Source: Eutreptiella sp. 'Long Island Sound 2002' (Eukaryota; Protista; Euglenida). Taken from it: DNA of 64,000 bases. The position numbers were made by a program, and so were the translations under genes. The stretch's first letter is position 1. Every line of letters starts with the position of its first letter. Of this stretch, positions 49,976 to 61,989 are shown in pieces. The notes beneath the pieces are model-generated. The model was given only the letters and a program-made list of their open reading frames with translations, was not told the DNA's origin and searched no databases. Location of the stretch: NCBI GenBank assembly GCA_964036045.1, contig OZ038379.1, forward strand, positions 49,600,001 through 49,664,000. Reading direction: 5' to 3'.

Positions 49976-50399
49976 CTCGGGGGGGGGGGGGGGGCTGCAG
50001 AGATGGATATATTCATTTGTCTACCTCGCGCAGAACGGAATCAACTTTTTTGTTCGTCAAAAATGAATCCATAAAGTTTTGTTGTTCCGGGGGGTTTTCG
50101 AACGCGCCGGACGTCGTGGAAGCATCCGTTTTGTTCGTTTCCACCGTTTTTCATGTGAGAAGTGTATCGTTCCGTTGCCTCTACCTTGGCTTTCGTGCGC
50201 CGTGTGCCGGCGTATTACGTGTGTTACGTGTTCTAAGCGTTTGATTCTAGGTGTGCCTCTGGAAACCGAATAACAGGTTTTGCATATCCGTGCAAGGTGT
50301 GTTCCGTGTGCCGCACGTAACGAACACCATGCTTCTGGAGGCCGGAACCCACGTTTTGCGCGAGCTACGCGTCCTCCTGTACCTCAGCCCTTTCTTTAT

Positions 50400-53300
50400 G
50401 CCCACACCCCTTTTCCCGGACAGCCACAAGCAGTAGCTCGCCAAGGGGGGCCACCTGGGGAGTTGGGGGAGCGCAGACACGCTGAAGCACAACGCGTTCA
50501 TCGTGTTCCAGATCAAACACCAGACATGTATGTGATTGTTCAATGGGGTGGAGTACGGGTGTTGTGCTTTTTGATGTCTCCCACGTCCATACCGTTCGTT
50601 TCGCCTTTTTGCTTCTGCTTCCGGGGCCATGCCACACATTTCTTCACAACTGGGTGGCACGCAGCCATGGTGAACCTCAAGAAGGTCGGCAGCAAGGCTC
50701 GCCGAGAGGATGAGATGTTCCTCACCAACGTGACCGCATATCAAGTATCCATGCATGACACGTGCCATGTTGTTTTGTATGGTCGCACCGTGACAGTCCC
50801 CGGTCTCCATTTTCAATAAGCTGCTTACCCCACCAGCTGCCTGCAGAGTAAGACGAAGAAAGGGAAGCCGCGCGATCCCGCGAAAGTCCAAGATTGCCGC
50901 GCTAAGCCTGATGGATGGTTCGAGTACACAAAGGTTGTACTGTGCGTGCTGCGTGTTGCATCTATAAGTGATTGTGCCCCGTGTCATATGCGTGTTGCGC
51001 GTGTTGCGTGTTCTGCGCGGTCTGGTGATGTGCCTCTCGTTCCGCCTCTTGGGGCGCCGCCATCGTGTTACACGTGCTGCGCGTTCTGCAGATCCAAGCA
51101 AACCGTTGTGGACTTGGTTGGAGGGCGAAGAAGAGAGTGAGGAGGAAGAGGAGGAGGAGGCATCAGCGGACGACAGAGACGAAGAGGAGGAAGAGGAGAC
51201 CAAGGAGGAAGACGACGACGAGCCAGCCCATGGCAAGAAGCAAGCCCGAGGCGCACCGAAGAAGGAGCATTCCGAGGACCAGCCAGAGGACCCCGTTGTG
51301 CCGGAGAAACACTCTTCTTCTTCCGCGAAGGCAGCACGGTCCACCATGCTGGAGGTCAAGCAGGAGCCGCAGACAATGGCAGAGAAGAAGAAGCATAAGT
51401 CGGAGGAGCGGAGCCCGCCCAAGGTGCCACCGAAGAATTCCGAGGCGGAGATGCCGAAGAAAAAGCAGGACAAGGACAAGCCGGCCCGTGGGCACGTGTC
51501 CTTTGCGATCGGCGGGAAGGGCCCGCAGAAGAGCATCAACGCCGCACCGACAAGAGCAGAGAAGTTCCGGCATGAAGGCGGGTACGACCGTGATCTGGAC
51601 ACAATGCTGAGAATCTTGGAGACGGACTTCAATGCCACCGTGGGCCGATTGGTGATGCACTACAAGGAGTGCTTGTCGAAGGAACCCAAGTCCAGGCAAG
51701 AGATCGGTTTGGCAGTTCTGCTGCACACCAGTGTCCGGGCCTTGAGCGTGCAAAGCGTGCTGAGATGCGGGACCAAGAACGCCCAGTCGGCTGCAACAGC
51801 CCGTGAGTATTTCGAAAAGCGGTATCCCTCGAGCAGCCCGCGGCAAGTGGCGGAGGGGATTTTGAAGGGCCTTTCAGTTTGTACGGGTTGCGCCGCCGCA
51901 CCGCAATGGCCTGTGGACCTCAGCCCGCCATCAGAGGGTATCAGTCTGGCCAAGCTGAGGATGGAGGGCCTCCGAGGTGGTCGTGGAGGTGGCGGGGCCG
52001 ATCGGGTCAGCACAATCGGCATCGAAGACATTGTTGACATGGAAACGGATGTTTTGCAAGTGTTGCGCGCGTTCTCTGTTGTGTTTCTATATAGTCGTGC
52101 CGCGCGTCATGCGCGTTCCGCGCGTTCTGCGCGTTTGCTTCTAGCCTGCCTCTGGAGGAGAATTCTCGTTTTCCGCGTTCTGCACGAGAACTTCGTCCGG
52201 TTTGTCCGGATGGCCGGCCTGATGGCGTACGAATTGGAAGAGGAACGGAACCTCGAACTGCCGGCGCTTGGAGCATGGTCGCTGGTGCGCACCCGAGAGC
52301 TGGCGGCGAAGAAACCGCGGGTATTTGTGTGCTTTGTGGTCTCGGTGGTGTGCGTGTTGTTGCCTCCGCCGCGCCTCTGGAGGCCCATGGTAGCGTGATG
52401 CGCGTTTTACGCGTGTTGCACGTATGATGCCGTGCACGCTTCTGGAGGAGGATTTTCCGTGTTACGCGTTGTGCAGACTGCCGCTTGGGATTGGGAGCCC
52501 CCTCACATGAGCGGGTACCCGCACCTTCAACCCCTGCCACCGCAGTACCCGCCGCCTCATGCCCACCGTCAACCCCAGCAGTCGTACCACCAAGACCCGC
52601 AGTGGCACCCCTATCCGCCACTGCCCCCCCCCCCCCCCCCCCCCGCCTCCGCCGCATGGCGCGCCGCCGCGGGGCCCCCCGCCTTCCCTGCCCTATGGCG
52701 CGCCCCCCTTCGCAACGGGCGAGCCGCCGGAGCTTCAACCGAAGATGCTGCTCGGCCCGTTCACTGATGTGGCACAGATCAAGAAGGTGCGTGGGCGGCT
52801 GCGGAACCAACCCGATCGTACGTCCTCCGTTGCGGCTTTCAATGCGTGGTTTGTACGGAGCCGTGAGTCACATGTATGTGGGCCCCCGGTCTCGTCTGCC
52901 CAATGTTTTGCAACTCGGTGGCCTCCGTCGTGTTTTCGGAGGATCCGCAGGAGACCGGCGAGACGCGGGACGATGAGCCCCAGAGCATCAGAGCAGAAGG
53001 ACCTAGCGCCGTTGCCATGGAGGAACAGCGGGTCGTTGTGCTGGGTGTTCTCCGCGTGTGCTTCTTTGTCCCTCCAAAGGCCGCTGCGCTCCGTGTTGCG
53101 CGTGTTGCGCGTTCTGCGCGTTCTACATGTCATGCCTCCGCGTTGCCTCTGGAGGAGAGACGTCACGTTGTTCGCATTCTGCAGAAGCTTCCCCCGGAGA
53201 CCAAAGGTGAGGAGGCCAAACAAGGGCCCAAGGAGGCCGCAGAAGGCGCTGCCGAAGGCGCTACCGCGGGTGCGGAGGTCTCAGCAGGGGGCGATGGGGG

Positions 53301-53611
53301 TCCGGCAGGTGAGCAGGTGCGCGTTGTGGTGCCACTACAGTTTGCGCGTCATGCCCGTATGGTTCTGTTGTGCCTCTGGAATCCGCCCCGGCGTGTGTTG
53401 CGCGTTCTGCGCGTGTTACGCGTTACATGTGTCTCGATTCTTGCCCTCCTCTGGAGGACAGCACCCCGTTTTCCGTGTTCTGCAGGCGCCTGTGCGAGTG
53501 AAGGAGGAGCCCCCCGACTCCCCGGAACGCCATGCCGAACCGGAAGGGGCTCCGGATACGGAGACGGCTGCCGAGGGCAAGATGACGGACGGCGACATCA
53601 AAGAATTGTAG
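50400..53611 (+). pseudogene. Multi-exon gene of unknown function (acidic/Lys-rich, Pro-rich) with homologous GT-AG introns
   Basis: Predicted introns 50934-51091, 52051-52188, 52321-52476, 52853-52950, 53032-53184, 53317-53485. Splicing gives KKPR|TAAW, EEQR|KLPP, AGEQ|APVR and removes a stop. A frameshift in the poly-C near 52630 and stops in the 5' part suggest decay. Confidence 0.6.
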
Positions 53612-54030
53612 AGGGCCGGGAGGGCTAGGAGGGGGAGGACGGGTGGGAGGGTGAGGGGTCACAGGGTTTTTTCTCCCCGCTTGGAGAACCGAGTCCAAAA
53701 TGGCCGGACCCCGACGAGTCCCGGGGGCGTCAAAGTTCGCACCTTGCTTTGCGGGTTCCCCCGTGGGAAGTTTCAGCGCAGACAGGCTCTTTTTCGATTG
53801 AACCCCTCCCCCCTCCGCTGCAGATTGCCGTGTGGTAGGGGAATTGAGGCTCAAACCCCCCCCCCCCCCAAGAAAAAAACACCGACACTGCCCTGTGCTA
53901 CGTGTGCTGCGTGTTGCCTCTGAGTGTGCCTCTGGACTGCGTGTGGCGCGTTCTGCGCGTGTTGCGCGTTCTGGGCGTTGCCTCCGGTACTGCCTGTGGA
54001 GTCTGAATGTCCGTGTTCCGTGTTATGCAG

Positions 54031-54800
54031 ACACACCGCTCTTCGAAAATGCCATTTCCCACGAATCTTTATGCGGGTGCACTCACCCTGGAGGATTGTG
54101 CAGCAAATATCATGCATGGAGTCCGGCCAGGCCAAACTGAACTAGTCGGGTACACCGAGGATGAGGTGTGGGACCACATGTTGGCTCCCATCCAGGAATT
54201 GCAGCGGGCATCCCTCCGAAAAGCAAACCTCTCCCACTTGATCCCCCTAGTACCAAGGTGTGTCCCACTTGCTTCTAGCGGTTGGCCCAATGGATTGTAG
54301 TGTTTGCCCCAATCGATTCTAGCGGTGGCTTCCATTTCCGAAGGTACAATGCCTTCATCCTCCTACTAGGCATGGTACAGCCCATCCAAGTAGATGGCAT
54401 CTGGGAACGGGACGGGTTACTATACAACCCCTTCATGGCACGATTGCTAAGCCGCAAGGAGTACTACGTCTTGCGCCGTAACATCCGGCCCGACGTTGTT
54501 GAACTACTGGAGGAGTGCAACGGGCAGTGGGCTGGTGCCTAGCGGTTGGGTGGCGCGGCTTGTGGGGATGAGTCCGTGGTGCCGCACAAAGGCATACGTG
54601 CCGGCCCACTACGGGTGTTCATCGCCCGCAAGCCCCACTCAACCGGCATCAAGCTCTATTGCCTTGCCGATGCCACTAGTGGGTACGTGGTGGACATGTA
54701 CCTGTACACGGGTAGACGTGGCAACGGCGGCGGTTTGGCAACAGTGCGGGCAACTTCAATGCCCAAGAGATCATGACCATGTGGGCAGGTCTCCTCGCTT
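54031..54800 (+). pseudogene. piggyBac transposase (DDE_Tnp_1_7-type), 3'-truncated
   Basis: YNPFMARLLSRKEYYVLRR; ACGDESVVPHKG...FIARKPHSTGIKLYCLADATSGYVVDMYLYTG. In-frame TAG at 54540-42; second and third catalytic Asp absent. Confidence 0.88.
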
Positions 54801-54804
54801 CAGG

Positions 54805-55900
54805 GAGCCGGACCAGAAAGTACTCCAGCTTGTCGGGGTGAAGGACTTGCCCGGCTCGGCGGGAGGCGTCACGGCAGGCGTCAGCCTGGGTCAGCCTGGG
54901 ACACTTGGGGTAGGGTCGGGGCAAAGAAACGCCCGTCGTCACTGTAGACGAGAACTGTGGCTGGGAGGGATACACTGAGGCCTGGCAGTCGGAGCGGGAG
55001 GCTTAGCGACCAGTCAATGGGCTGAGAAAGGGTGAGGACGTGGCCGGGGGCCTGATAGTGCAGCGCTGCGAAGGCGTCTCCGTGGTTGCCTCCCTCACCC
55101 CCGGAGAAGGGAGGGGGGCAAAGCCTTCACGGGTAATGACCCTGATGACCAATCTGCTATAGTAACGGTGGGCCCAGGCTTAATAATCTCAGACTGACAA
55201 GAGGAGCCGAAGGAGCCCGGGTGAATTCTCGGACGACCCGCAGGTTTGCGTTTGATTCGTCACAATTGCAGATGGCGCAGGACCCATGATGCGTCAGGCT
55301 GGAATAGATGGCGGCGCGGCCGGCCAGCACCACGAAGGGGGTGCTCAGTCCGGTCGTGTACGAGAAGACGACGGGGGTGTACGCAGCTGACACCTCTAAG
55401 TTGGTGGCAAGACGCTCCGCTGCTATGCCAAACAGTGTGCCTGAAGCAGCAGACTCGACGTCCACGGGGCGGAACGAGCGCGCTAGGTGGCGTGGGAGCG
55501 GTTTGGTGGGCTTCCCTTTGTAAATCCCATATCTCACTTTGCCATTCAGGACGGTTGGGGTGCTAGCCTCGGCCTGCAAGAGGGAGTGCAACAGTCCAAC
55601 GTGGACCCCACCACCAGCCCAAAACAGGAGGGACCTTGTGACGTTGTCAATGGAGACCGCAAGCGTGAGACTGCCCAACCTCCGCACAGCCAAGGACTCG
55701 GTGGTGAGGAGGGGTGCTGCGTTGAGGCGTCCAAGGTACGTGGGGGGGGTGGACGGGTCATCCGGGGGCAGGCCAAATCTGAGGACGCTGAGCAGGTGCG
55801 TGGTGGGAAGTTCGAGAGAGGGGCAGCGAAGGGGGGACCAGGCAGCCAAGTCAAACGGGGACTCGAAGTAGGCTTGGTCCACATGTAGGTGTCGGTTCGG
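54805..55900 (-). mobile_element. LINE reverse transcriptase (5' part of the LINE continuing at 49975)
   Basis: IYKGKP...RSFRPVDVES, FSYTTGLST, CDESNA, VLVYSDDGRFF (YxDD at 54935-54946), QVLHPDK. Confidence 0.88.
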
Positions 55901-56129
55901 GCCGGTGTTGGGGGGGGGGGGGTTGGCACAAGGCCGGGGTGGGGGGGGCACATGCTCCTCTTACCTCCTCTTGCCCTCCCTCTAACCATATCAAGACTGA
56001 ATATTGGGACCGAGCTGGTGGGGGAGGAAACATCAGCTATGACTGGTGAGGGACATCAAGAATGATTCACACATTGATGGCTCTTGACAAAGTGAAATCA
56101 GCTTGCAAGTGAACCCCATCACCACGAGG

Positions 56130-57010
56130 CCCACTTTCAAGGCTTTTTGGACTTTTGAGGGGCCAAAATACCCCAAAATGGGCTCAAAATGGGCTCAAAG
56201 TGGGCTCATTTCACCCGTTGGTGCACCCCAAATGGTTCAGGATGAGGTTTGGAAAAATGCGTTTTTGACCCATTTTTGACCCATTTTTGGTCCCAAAACA
56301 GCCCATTTTCAAGGCATTTTGGGATTTTGGGAGGACCAAAATGGGCCACCACAAGCTCAAAACGGTCCAAAAACACTTGTTTTTAGCGTCGCACATGGTC
56401 TAGGATCATTTTTGAGAAAAGTCATCTTTTTGCCCCTACTGGACGCTATTGACCCATTTGGGCACCCACCTGTTTGGGCTTGAGCTTGCAGCTTGCCGCA
56501 GCCTAGTGGGCCTGGGTACGGGGGGTCTAGGCGTCCGTTTGGGCAATTCTGAGGGGTGGAAACCACAAAAAGTGGGGGGTTGCGGGTGGAGTAGGTGCCC
56601 TCGGAATCGCATTTTGAGCCATGTAGCCAAAGATATGGCCTATTCTTGGTTTGTGGCTGTCGGCATTTGGAGCTTCCAGGGGCCTTTTTGGGCCGTTTCC
56701 CGGACATATCATTGAGTTAGAGGGCCGCAAAGAGCTCGTTGACACGGGAAGTCAAGCCGCACGTGGAGTGTACCCACCGTTTCCCTTCGTTTGGCCGTTT
56801 TGAATGTGTTCCAGGGCTTTTTTGGCCCAAAAATGGCTGTTTTTGGCCCTAAACTGCAGTTTTTGAAACTGAGGTCTGCCACTTGCGAAGCCCGTTCCCG
56901 GCCGCCACCGTTGAGTTTCTTGCTCAAACGTTGTGTGATTGTACTTCACACCCATTGGTATCATCCACCAAAATTTCACCTGAATCTGAAGCACCACGAC
57001 GGAGTTCTGA
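56130..57010. repeat. Probable interspersed repeat with short internal tandem units (AAAATGGGCTC, TTTTTGACCCA)
   Basis: Internal 10-11-bp repeats, non-coding; no termini identified. Confidence 0.4.
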
Positions 57011-57029
57011 TTTTTAGCCATTTCGCGCG

Positions 57030-57085
57030 TGCTGCTTGCTTGCTGCTTGCTGCTTGCTGCTTGCTGCTTGCTGCTTGCTGCTTGC

Positions 57086-57120
<35 letters not shown>

Positions 57121-57122
57121 GC
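57030..57122 (+). repeat. (CTTGCTG)n/(CTTG)n microsatellite
   Basis: Direct reading. Confidence 0.95.
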
Positions 57123-57609
57123 TAAACCTAGTAGGTCCACCCTAGACACTAAAAAGGGTTATAAAACCAAGACTGGTTCCACCAGCTCGGTGACCATCAC
57201 CATAAACCTGACCCTAACCTTTGGGTTTGAGGGATTGGGAGCATGGGGGGTCTGCTCGGAGGTCTGGGTGGCCTCTAAGCAGTACTTGGCTGGGGAGTGG
57301 GCCAAGATGGGATAGGTGGGGTACACAGGGGCAGAGGATGAGGGAGTGTGGGCAGGGATGGTGGGCGGTGATTGGGAAGGGGAGGAAGAGGTGCAGGAAG
57401 TGAAGGAAGATAACCCTCCCCCCCCCCAAGGCCAAAGCACCACCCCCTAAACCCCTAGCCACCAAAACTGGTGGCAAGAAAATTCCGAGAATGCATTTTG
57501 AGTCGGATGACTCATCAGACGGGACCCTCCCCCCCTCCAAAAAGAAAGCCCCCCCCGGCCACAAAGGCCACCCCCGCCCCCAAGACAACCCCTCCCCCCA
57601 AAGGGGGGG

Positions 57610-58122
57610 GGATGGTGCCGACGACCTCATCTTCGGCACCAAGGTCCACGTGCCGTATTCACGGGGCGTGGAGGTGGGCACCGTGTGCGGTGTCCACCGG
57701 AGGAAGGTGGGGGTTGTCTGGGTGGAATACCCACACAACCCCACGCTCTACGAGGTGGCCCGCAACCTCCTCTTCCCCTCCCTTGAGGCCGCCCATGAAC
57801 ACCTTGAGCGTGTTCGCAAGCCCAAGGGCAAGCCCCCCCCCCCCCCAAGCCTTCAGGCCAGCCTGACCCGAAGACTAACCCCCTGACACACCCCAAGACT
57901 AACCCCCAGACAGACCCCAAGACTAACCCCCCGGTTGACCCCAAACCAGAAAACAGCCCCAACCCTAACCCAACCCTTGACCCAACCCAGAAATTGTGGG
58001 ACCCCAAAGAGGGGTCCCAAGAAGTGTGAGAACACTTCACACTCTGAGAGGTGACACCACTTGTGGAACAGTACAACAACGGGCCATGATGGCCAGAAAT
58101 GGTACCCGAATGGATGGAAAAG
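57610..58122 (+). pseudogene. Transposon-associated gene fragment: possible SH3/Tudor-like barrel followed by a Myb/SANT-like remnant
   Basis: GTKVHVPYSRGVEVGTVCGVHRRKVGVVWVEYPHNPTLYEV; downstream EHFTL*EVTPLVEQYNNGP*WPEM ending at an aag|gtatat donor. Confidence 0.3.
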
Positions 58123-58420
58123 GTATATGTTGTGTTGTTGTGTGTTTGTAGGGTTTTTTAGGGAGGGTTAATTTTTGCAGAAAAGAGTTATTTTCCGGCA
58201 GGTTAATATCAACGTCGGCGCCGGTTTAATTTTTAATATTTCAAAAATTAATTGAAAAATTAGAATCAAAAATTAAACCCAAGGACCATTTTGATATTTT
58301 TTCGCAAGGAAACCGGTGAGACCGCCCCCCCCCCCCCCCTAAAAGGGTCAACTTTTAGTTACCGTATTAATTTTTGGCCAAAAATTGAATTTTTTGGTTT
58401 TAACATAGGTCTCTAGGGTA

Positions 58421-59900
58421 GGGATTCCAACGCAAGAGCAACTCTTGCGAGCTAGCATCGGTTGTTTGGGCGAAGACTAACAAAGGCAATTACTGGCCAT
58501 AGCGACAAGATAGTGAGTGATGATTTGCACGCCTGTGGGCGTCTTGATGTCCGTAGTGATGGTGAGGAGCACGCCATTCATGGTGAATGTCGCTTGTAAG
58601 TCGCTGACTGCACACAACTCTCCTTCCAGAGCCAGCCACCTCCAGGAATCACAAAGGTGCATGGGGGTCTGGATAGTGATGTCCCCTAGTGTTCTGATGA
58701 CCTCGTGTAGCGCCGGCAAAGAAACATCTGATGTGTAGTCACACAACAGGGACTGCCGGCGCGGAACCGTATTGCGTTTGAGCAGACGCAAAAACCGGCC
58801 TGGCAGGTCAGTGAGGGTAGTAGGTAGCGGGGGCATGGCGGGCTGCGAAAAATGAAGAGTGGTTACAGGAACGCCGCTGGGGTGGTACGCAGACACAGAG
58901 GTAGGGTTAGTTGAAAGCGGGAATGCCTCCGGCCACCTGCCGCCGAGCCCAAACCCCCCTAGGAGGCAGCGTCCCCGGACACTTGGATGTAGATAAAAGT
59001 CCCAGTAGCAAGGCAACAGGAGGTATGAGCGTAAGAACGGACCGGCAAGGCTACACAAGGCAACCATCTTTATTGCTGGGCAGCGGCAACAGCAGCGGCA
59101 GACGAGCTGAAACTAGGTCTGGAGCAAACGCCGCTTGCTGAACAGCACGTACAGCATTAGCTTTGCCCATGATCATGAATCTTTGTTGTGTTGTTTGGAA
59201 ATTTGTCGTGGTCACGCTCACAAATAGTTCTGGCCACTGCGTACCACCGAGATGTGCCCTCCGGATCTCGTGTGCCCAATGCTTCTCGTGTCCTGGCTTG
59301 GAAGTCCGCGGGACAATCGCCACTGCGGTCCAGGAGCCGTTGGATCAGCCAACCCCTGAAACGTTGGAACGCGGTCAAGGCATTTTTTCTTGCTACCGGC
59401 GGCTGGCGGATAACTAGAAAGAATTGGGGACAACTGTCGCCCAAAGTGTACCGTGAATTGTTGAGGTCGACCATACGCTCAAAGCGCTCTACTTCCTTAC
59501 GTGCGTCCCTGGCACGCCTGCGCGTGCAGCGTGCTTACGACAGTCCTTGGGAGCCTGCCCGTCTGACCTGCCACTTCCGGTCCCGTGTCTTTTTTCCCGG
59601 TGCCACCTTGAGACATGATAGGTATTCCTCCTTTCCTCTGTAGTTCGACCAAGAGGTGCAGCTCGACCCTTGGGGGCTCCTGTGCCCACCATGCGGCGAC
59701 CCTCCCTCACCCGACTGTGCGTGATCTGCGGAGGGGAGTGCCCCTGCAGCACAACAGGTTGCCTGAACGGAGCCGGCTTAATACCACTACAACCCGTCTT
59801 CAGGCTCGCTTCTCTTCCTCCTCGGCTCGTTCTTTGTGCTATGCCCCTTCCGCGTGCACCTCGCTCGTCTATGTCTCCTGCTGCGCTTGATGCCGGTTCG
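58421..59900 (-). pseudogene. Probable 5' continuation of the Helitron-like relic
   Basis: Removing 43106-58418 and one TA gives a continuous reading QELLLRWNPYFRWLYG into the Rep-like region; otherwise decayed ORFs. Confidence 0.35.
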
Positions 59901-60972
59901 TCGGCATCCAGTGGCAAAAGAAAGCATTCTTAGGAGGCCTGGGTGCATTAGTCAGAGTTGGTTGTTTCACCGTGTCCTGTGGCGTCACACTTCGCATTGT
60001 TCTGGTCACTCTGACACTGTAAGTTGACTGTCACAGTTGTACCCGGTGTACCCAGTGTACCGTCTGTGTCATGCATGCACTGTGGAGTCCTGGGTTGGCA
60101 TCCCCCCCGGCGTATCCTGTGGGTCGGTGGTGGTGTGTCCCTTTGTCTACGGCGCTGCACGGTAGACCAGCCCCCCACAGTTAGCCTGTGTTTGTACCCT
60201 CTTCTGCCCTGGGCTCGCAGGGGGGTTCCCGACGTGGGCCTTGGTCCATGTCCATGCTCGCTTGGCGGGTGCGCCCAGCTGGTGCCTTGGGGAGCATGCA
60301 AAAGGGGGAGGGGGGGGCAAGGCTGTTTCAGCCACAACGCAAACGCCAGAAGAAAGAACTGTATGCAGGGGAATTGCAGGCCACATTTCAGGAAACCATC
60401 GCCAAATATTTCTTGAGAGAAAGGGGTGAGAGGTGATATATCCAGGTCCTCCGAGGACCATCCGCAGCTAGGGAGGGTGGTGGGATATGGGGTCTATTTT
60501 GGGGATTTGCGGGATGCAGCGGTGTACCTCCCCCGGAATGAAAAATAAACAAAAAACAGGGGAGAACTCCGGGCGGCACTATATGCCGTACAACACCAGA
60601 CACCACACAAGTGCACGCTCATATGTATGGCAGCTGGTGGTTATGGGCATCACTGGCAAGGCACAAAAGTGGTGCCGGCACCGGTGGCAGGGCTCTGTGG
60701 GCCCAGTTGGGCATGTAGACCTCTGAGACCGGATGCTGCAGGCATTGGGTAATGAAGACTAAGGTTGAGGTAGGCGCTTGGAGCCAATTGCAGTGAAGTA
60801 AACCTGACCCTTTGTGGCCCCCACTGATGCATCTGTCATCCCAGAACAATGTTTCAGGCCAGCCACAGGCGTGTGGCGTGCTGTGTCTGACTGCTTGTGG
60901 TGGCAGGTGTGTGCAGAGCTACAGCCCATCTCTTGAGCAACTGCTTTGTCACGTGTTTACTGACACATATAG

Positions 60973-61268
60973 GCATGAACTCTGATTCCCCTGGCCCTGG
61001 GCAGTACGAGCCAGATGTCTCGATTACCCGGAAGGCCCTAAGCACAGCCACGTTCGCCAAGGGCAAGCAGGGGCGCGACTGCTTCAACATGGCGAAGGAC
61101 TCCTTCAGCCGCCCAGGACCGGGGCAATACGAGACGGGCCTGGTGACTGAGGACGAGGTTGTGCGGCCGTCGCCAGTGTTCCTGTCGGCCACCACGCGTG
61201 ACAAGAAGGCAAAGGAAGGCAAGGATGGGAGTTTGAAGCATGAGACTCCAGGGCCGGGGTCCTATCAG
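60973..61268 (+). CDS. Internal exon of a SHIPPO-repeat (ODF3/STPG-like, PGPGxY) axonemal protein
   Basis: PGPGQY twice and PGPGSY in one open frame; acceptor atatag| at 60972, donor cag|gtgtgt at 61269. Confidence 0.85.
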
Positions 61269-61989
61269 GTGTGTGTACGGAATGAGCATGTGTGCGTTCT
61301 ACTCTCCAAAATTGGCCCAGTGTTGGCCAAAAGTAAGAACAACAACAAGCCACACCGGGATCTTATCTCAAAGAACTTCCAGAAACAACACTAACTCTAA
61401 CAACACTCAGTAACAGCGCAACCACTGAAAATGCAGGCAACACTGGAAGGGTGCAAGTCTCCAAGAACCCCATTGCTCGCTCGTGCTGCTGCCATTCTAT
61501 GATGGTCCAGATTATGGGGTTGTCGGTGAGCTGAAGACCAGATGGTGAGTACAGGCAGAGAGTACCCTGGCTTACAATCAACATGGAGCATTAAAGCCAC
61601 GCCCAAAGTGCATCCTATTTATTTTGGGATCTGGCTGGATCTTGGCATGCAGGGCGGGTAAGTTGTATGCACGTCACATGCATTGCATGCAACTCGTTGA
61701 ACCTTCAGCCTGAACAAGTTCTCCCGGCCGTCTGCACGAAGGAGCCCTGAGAGGCTGCCTTCTCAGTCCACTGACACAACTCATCCCCTTCCCCTTCCCT
61801 TGGCCTCTGGCCACAGTTAGTTATCAAATGTCACTGGGGTTGGCTTGGGCCTAACATTGCCATTGGCACCAAAGGTGGAAGGACATGGCAGCATACCACA
61901 ACAGCGCCCACGATGCATGCAGATGTCCATCACAGTTTGCGAAGATGATAGAATGCATGGTGCTTCCAAGGGTATGTGCACACAAGACT

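Larger units (their letters stand above)
43106..58418. mobile_element. 15.3-kb region bounded by piggyBac-type TIRs with TA on both sides; heavily nested
   Basis: Left CCCTAGAGACCTACTTTAAAAC; right reverse complement CCCTAGAGACCTATGTTAAAAC. TA at 43104-05 and 58419-20. AT-rich subterminal regions. Helitron-like sequence on both sides. Confidence 0.6.

Noticed and set aside
50247-51638. 463-aa minus-strand ORF
   Set aside because: Antisense shadow of the Glu/Lys-rich plus-strand exon (poly-Ser from GAG/GAA runs).
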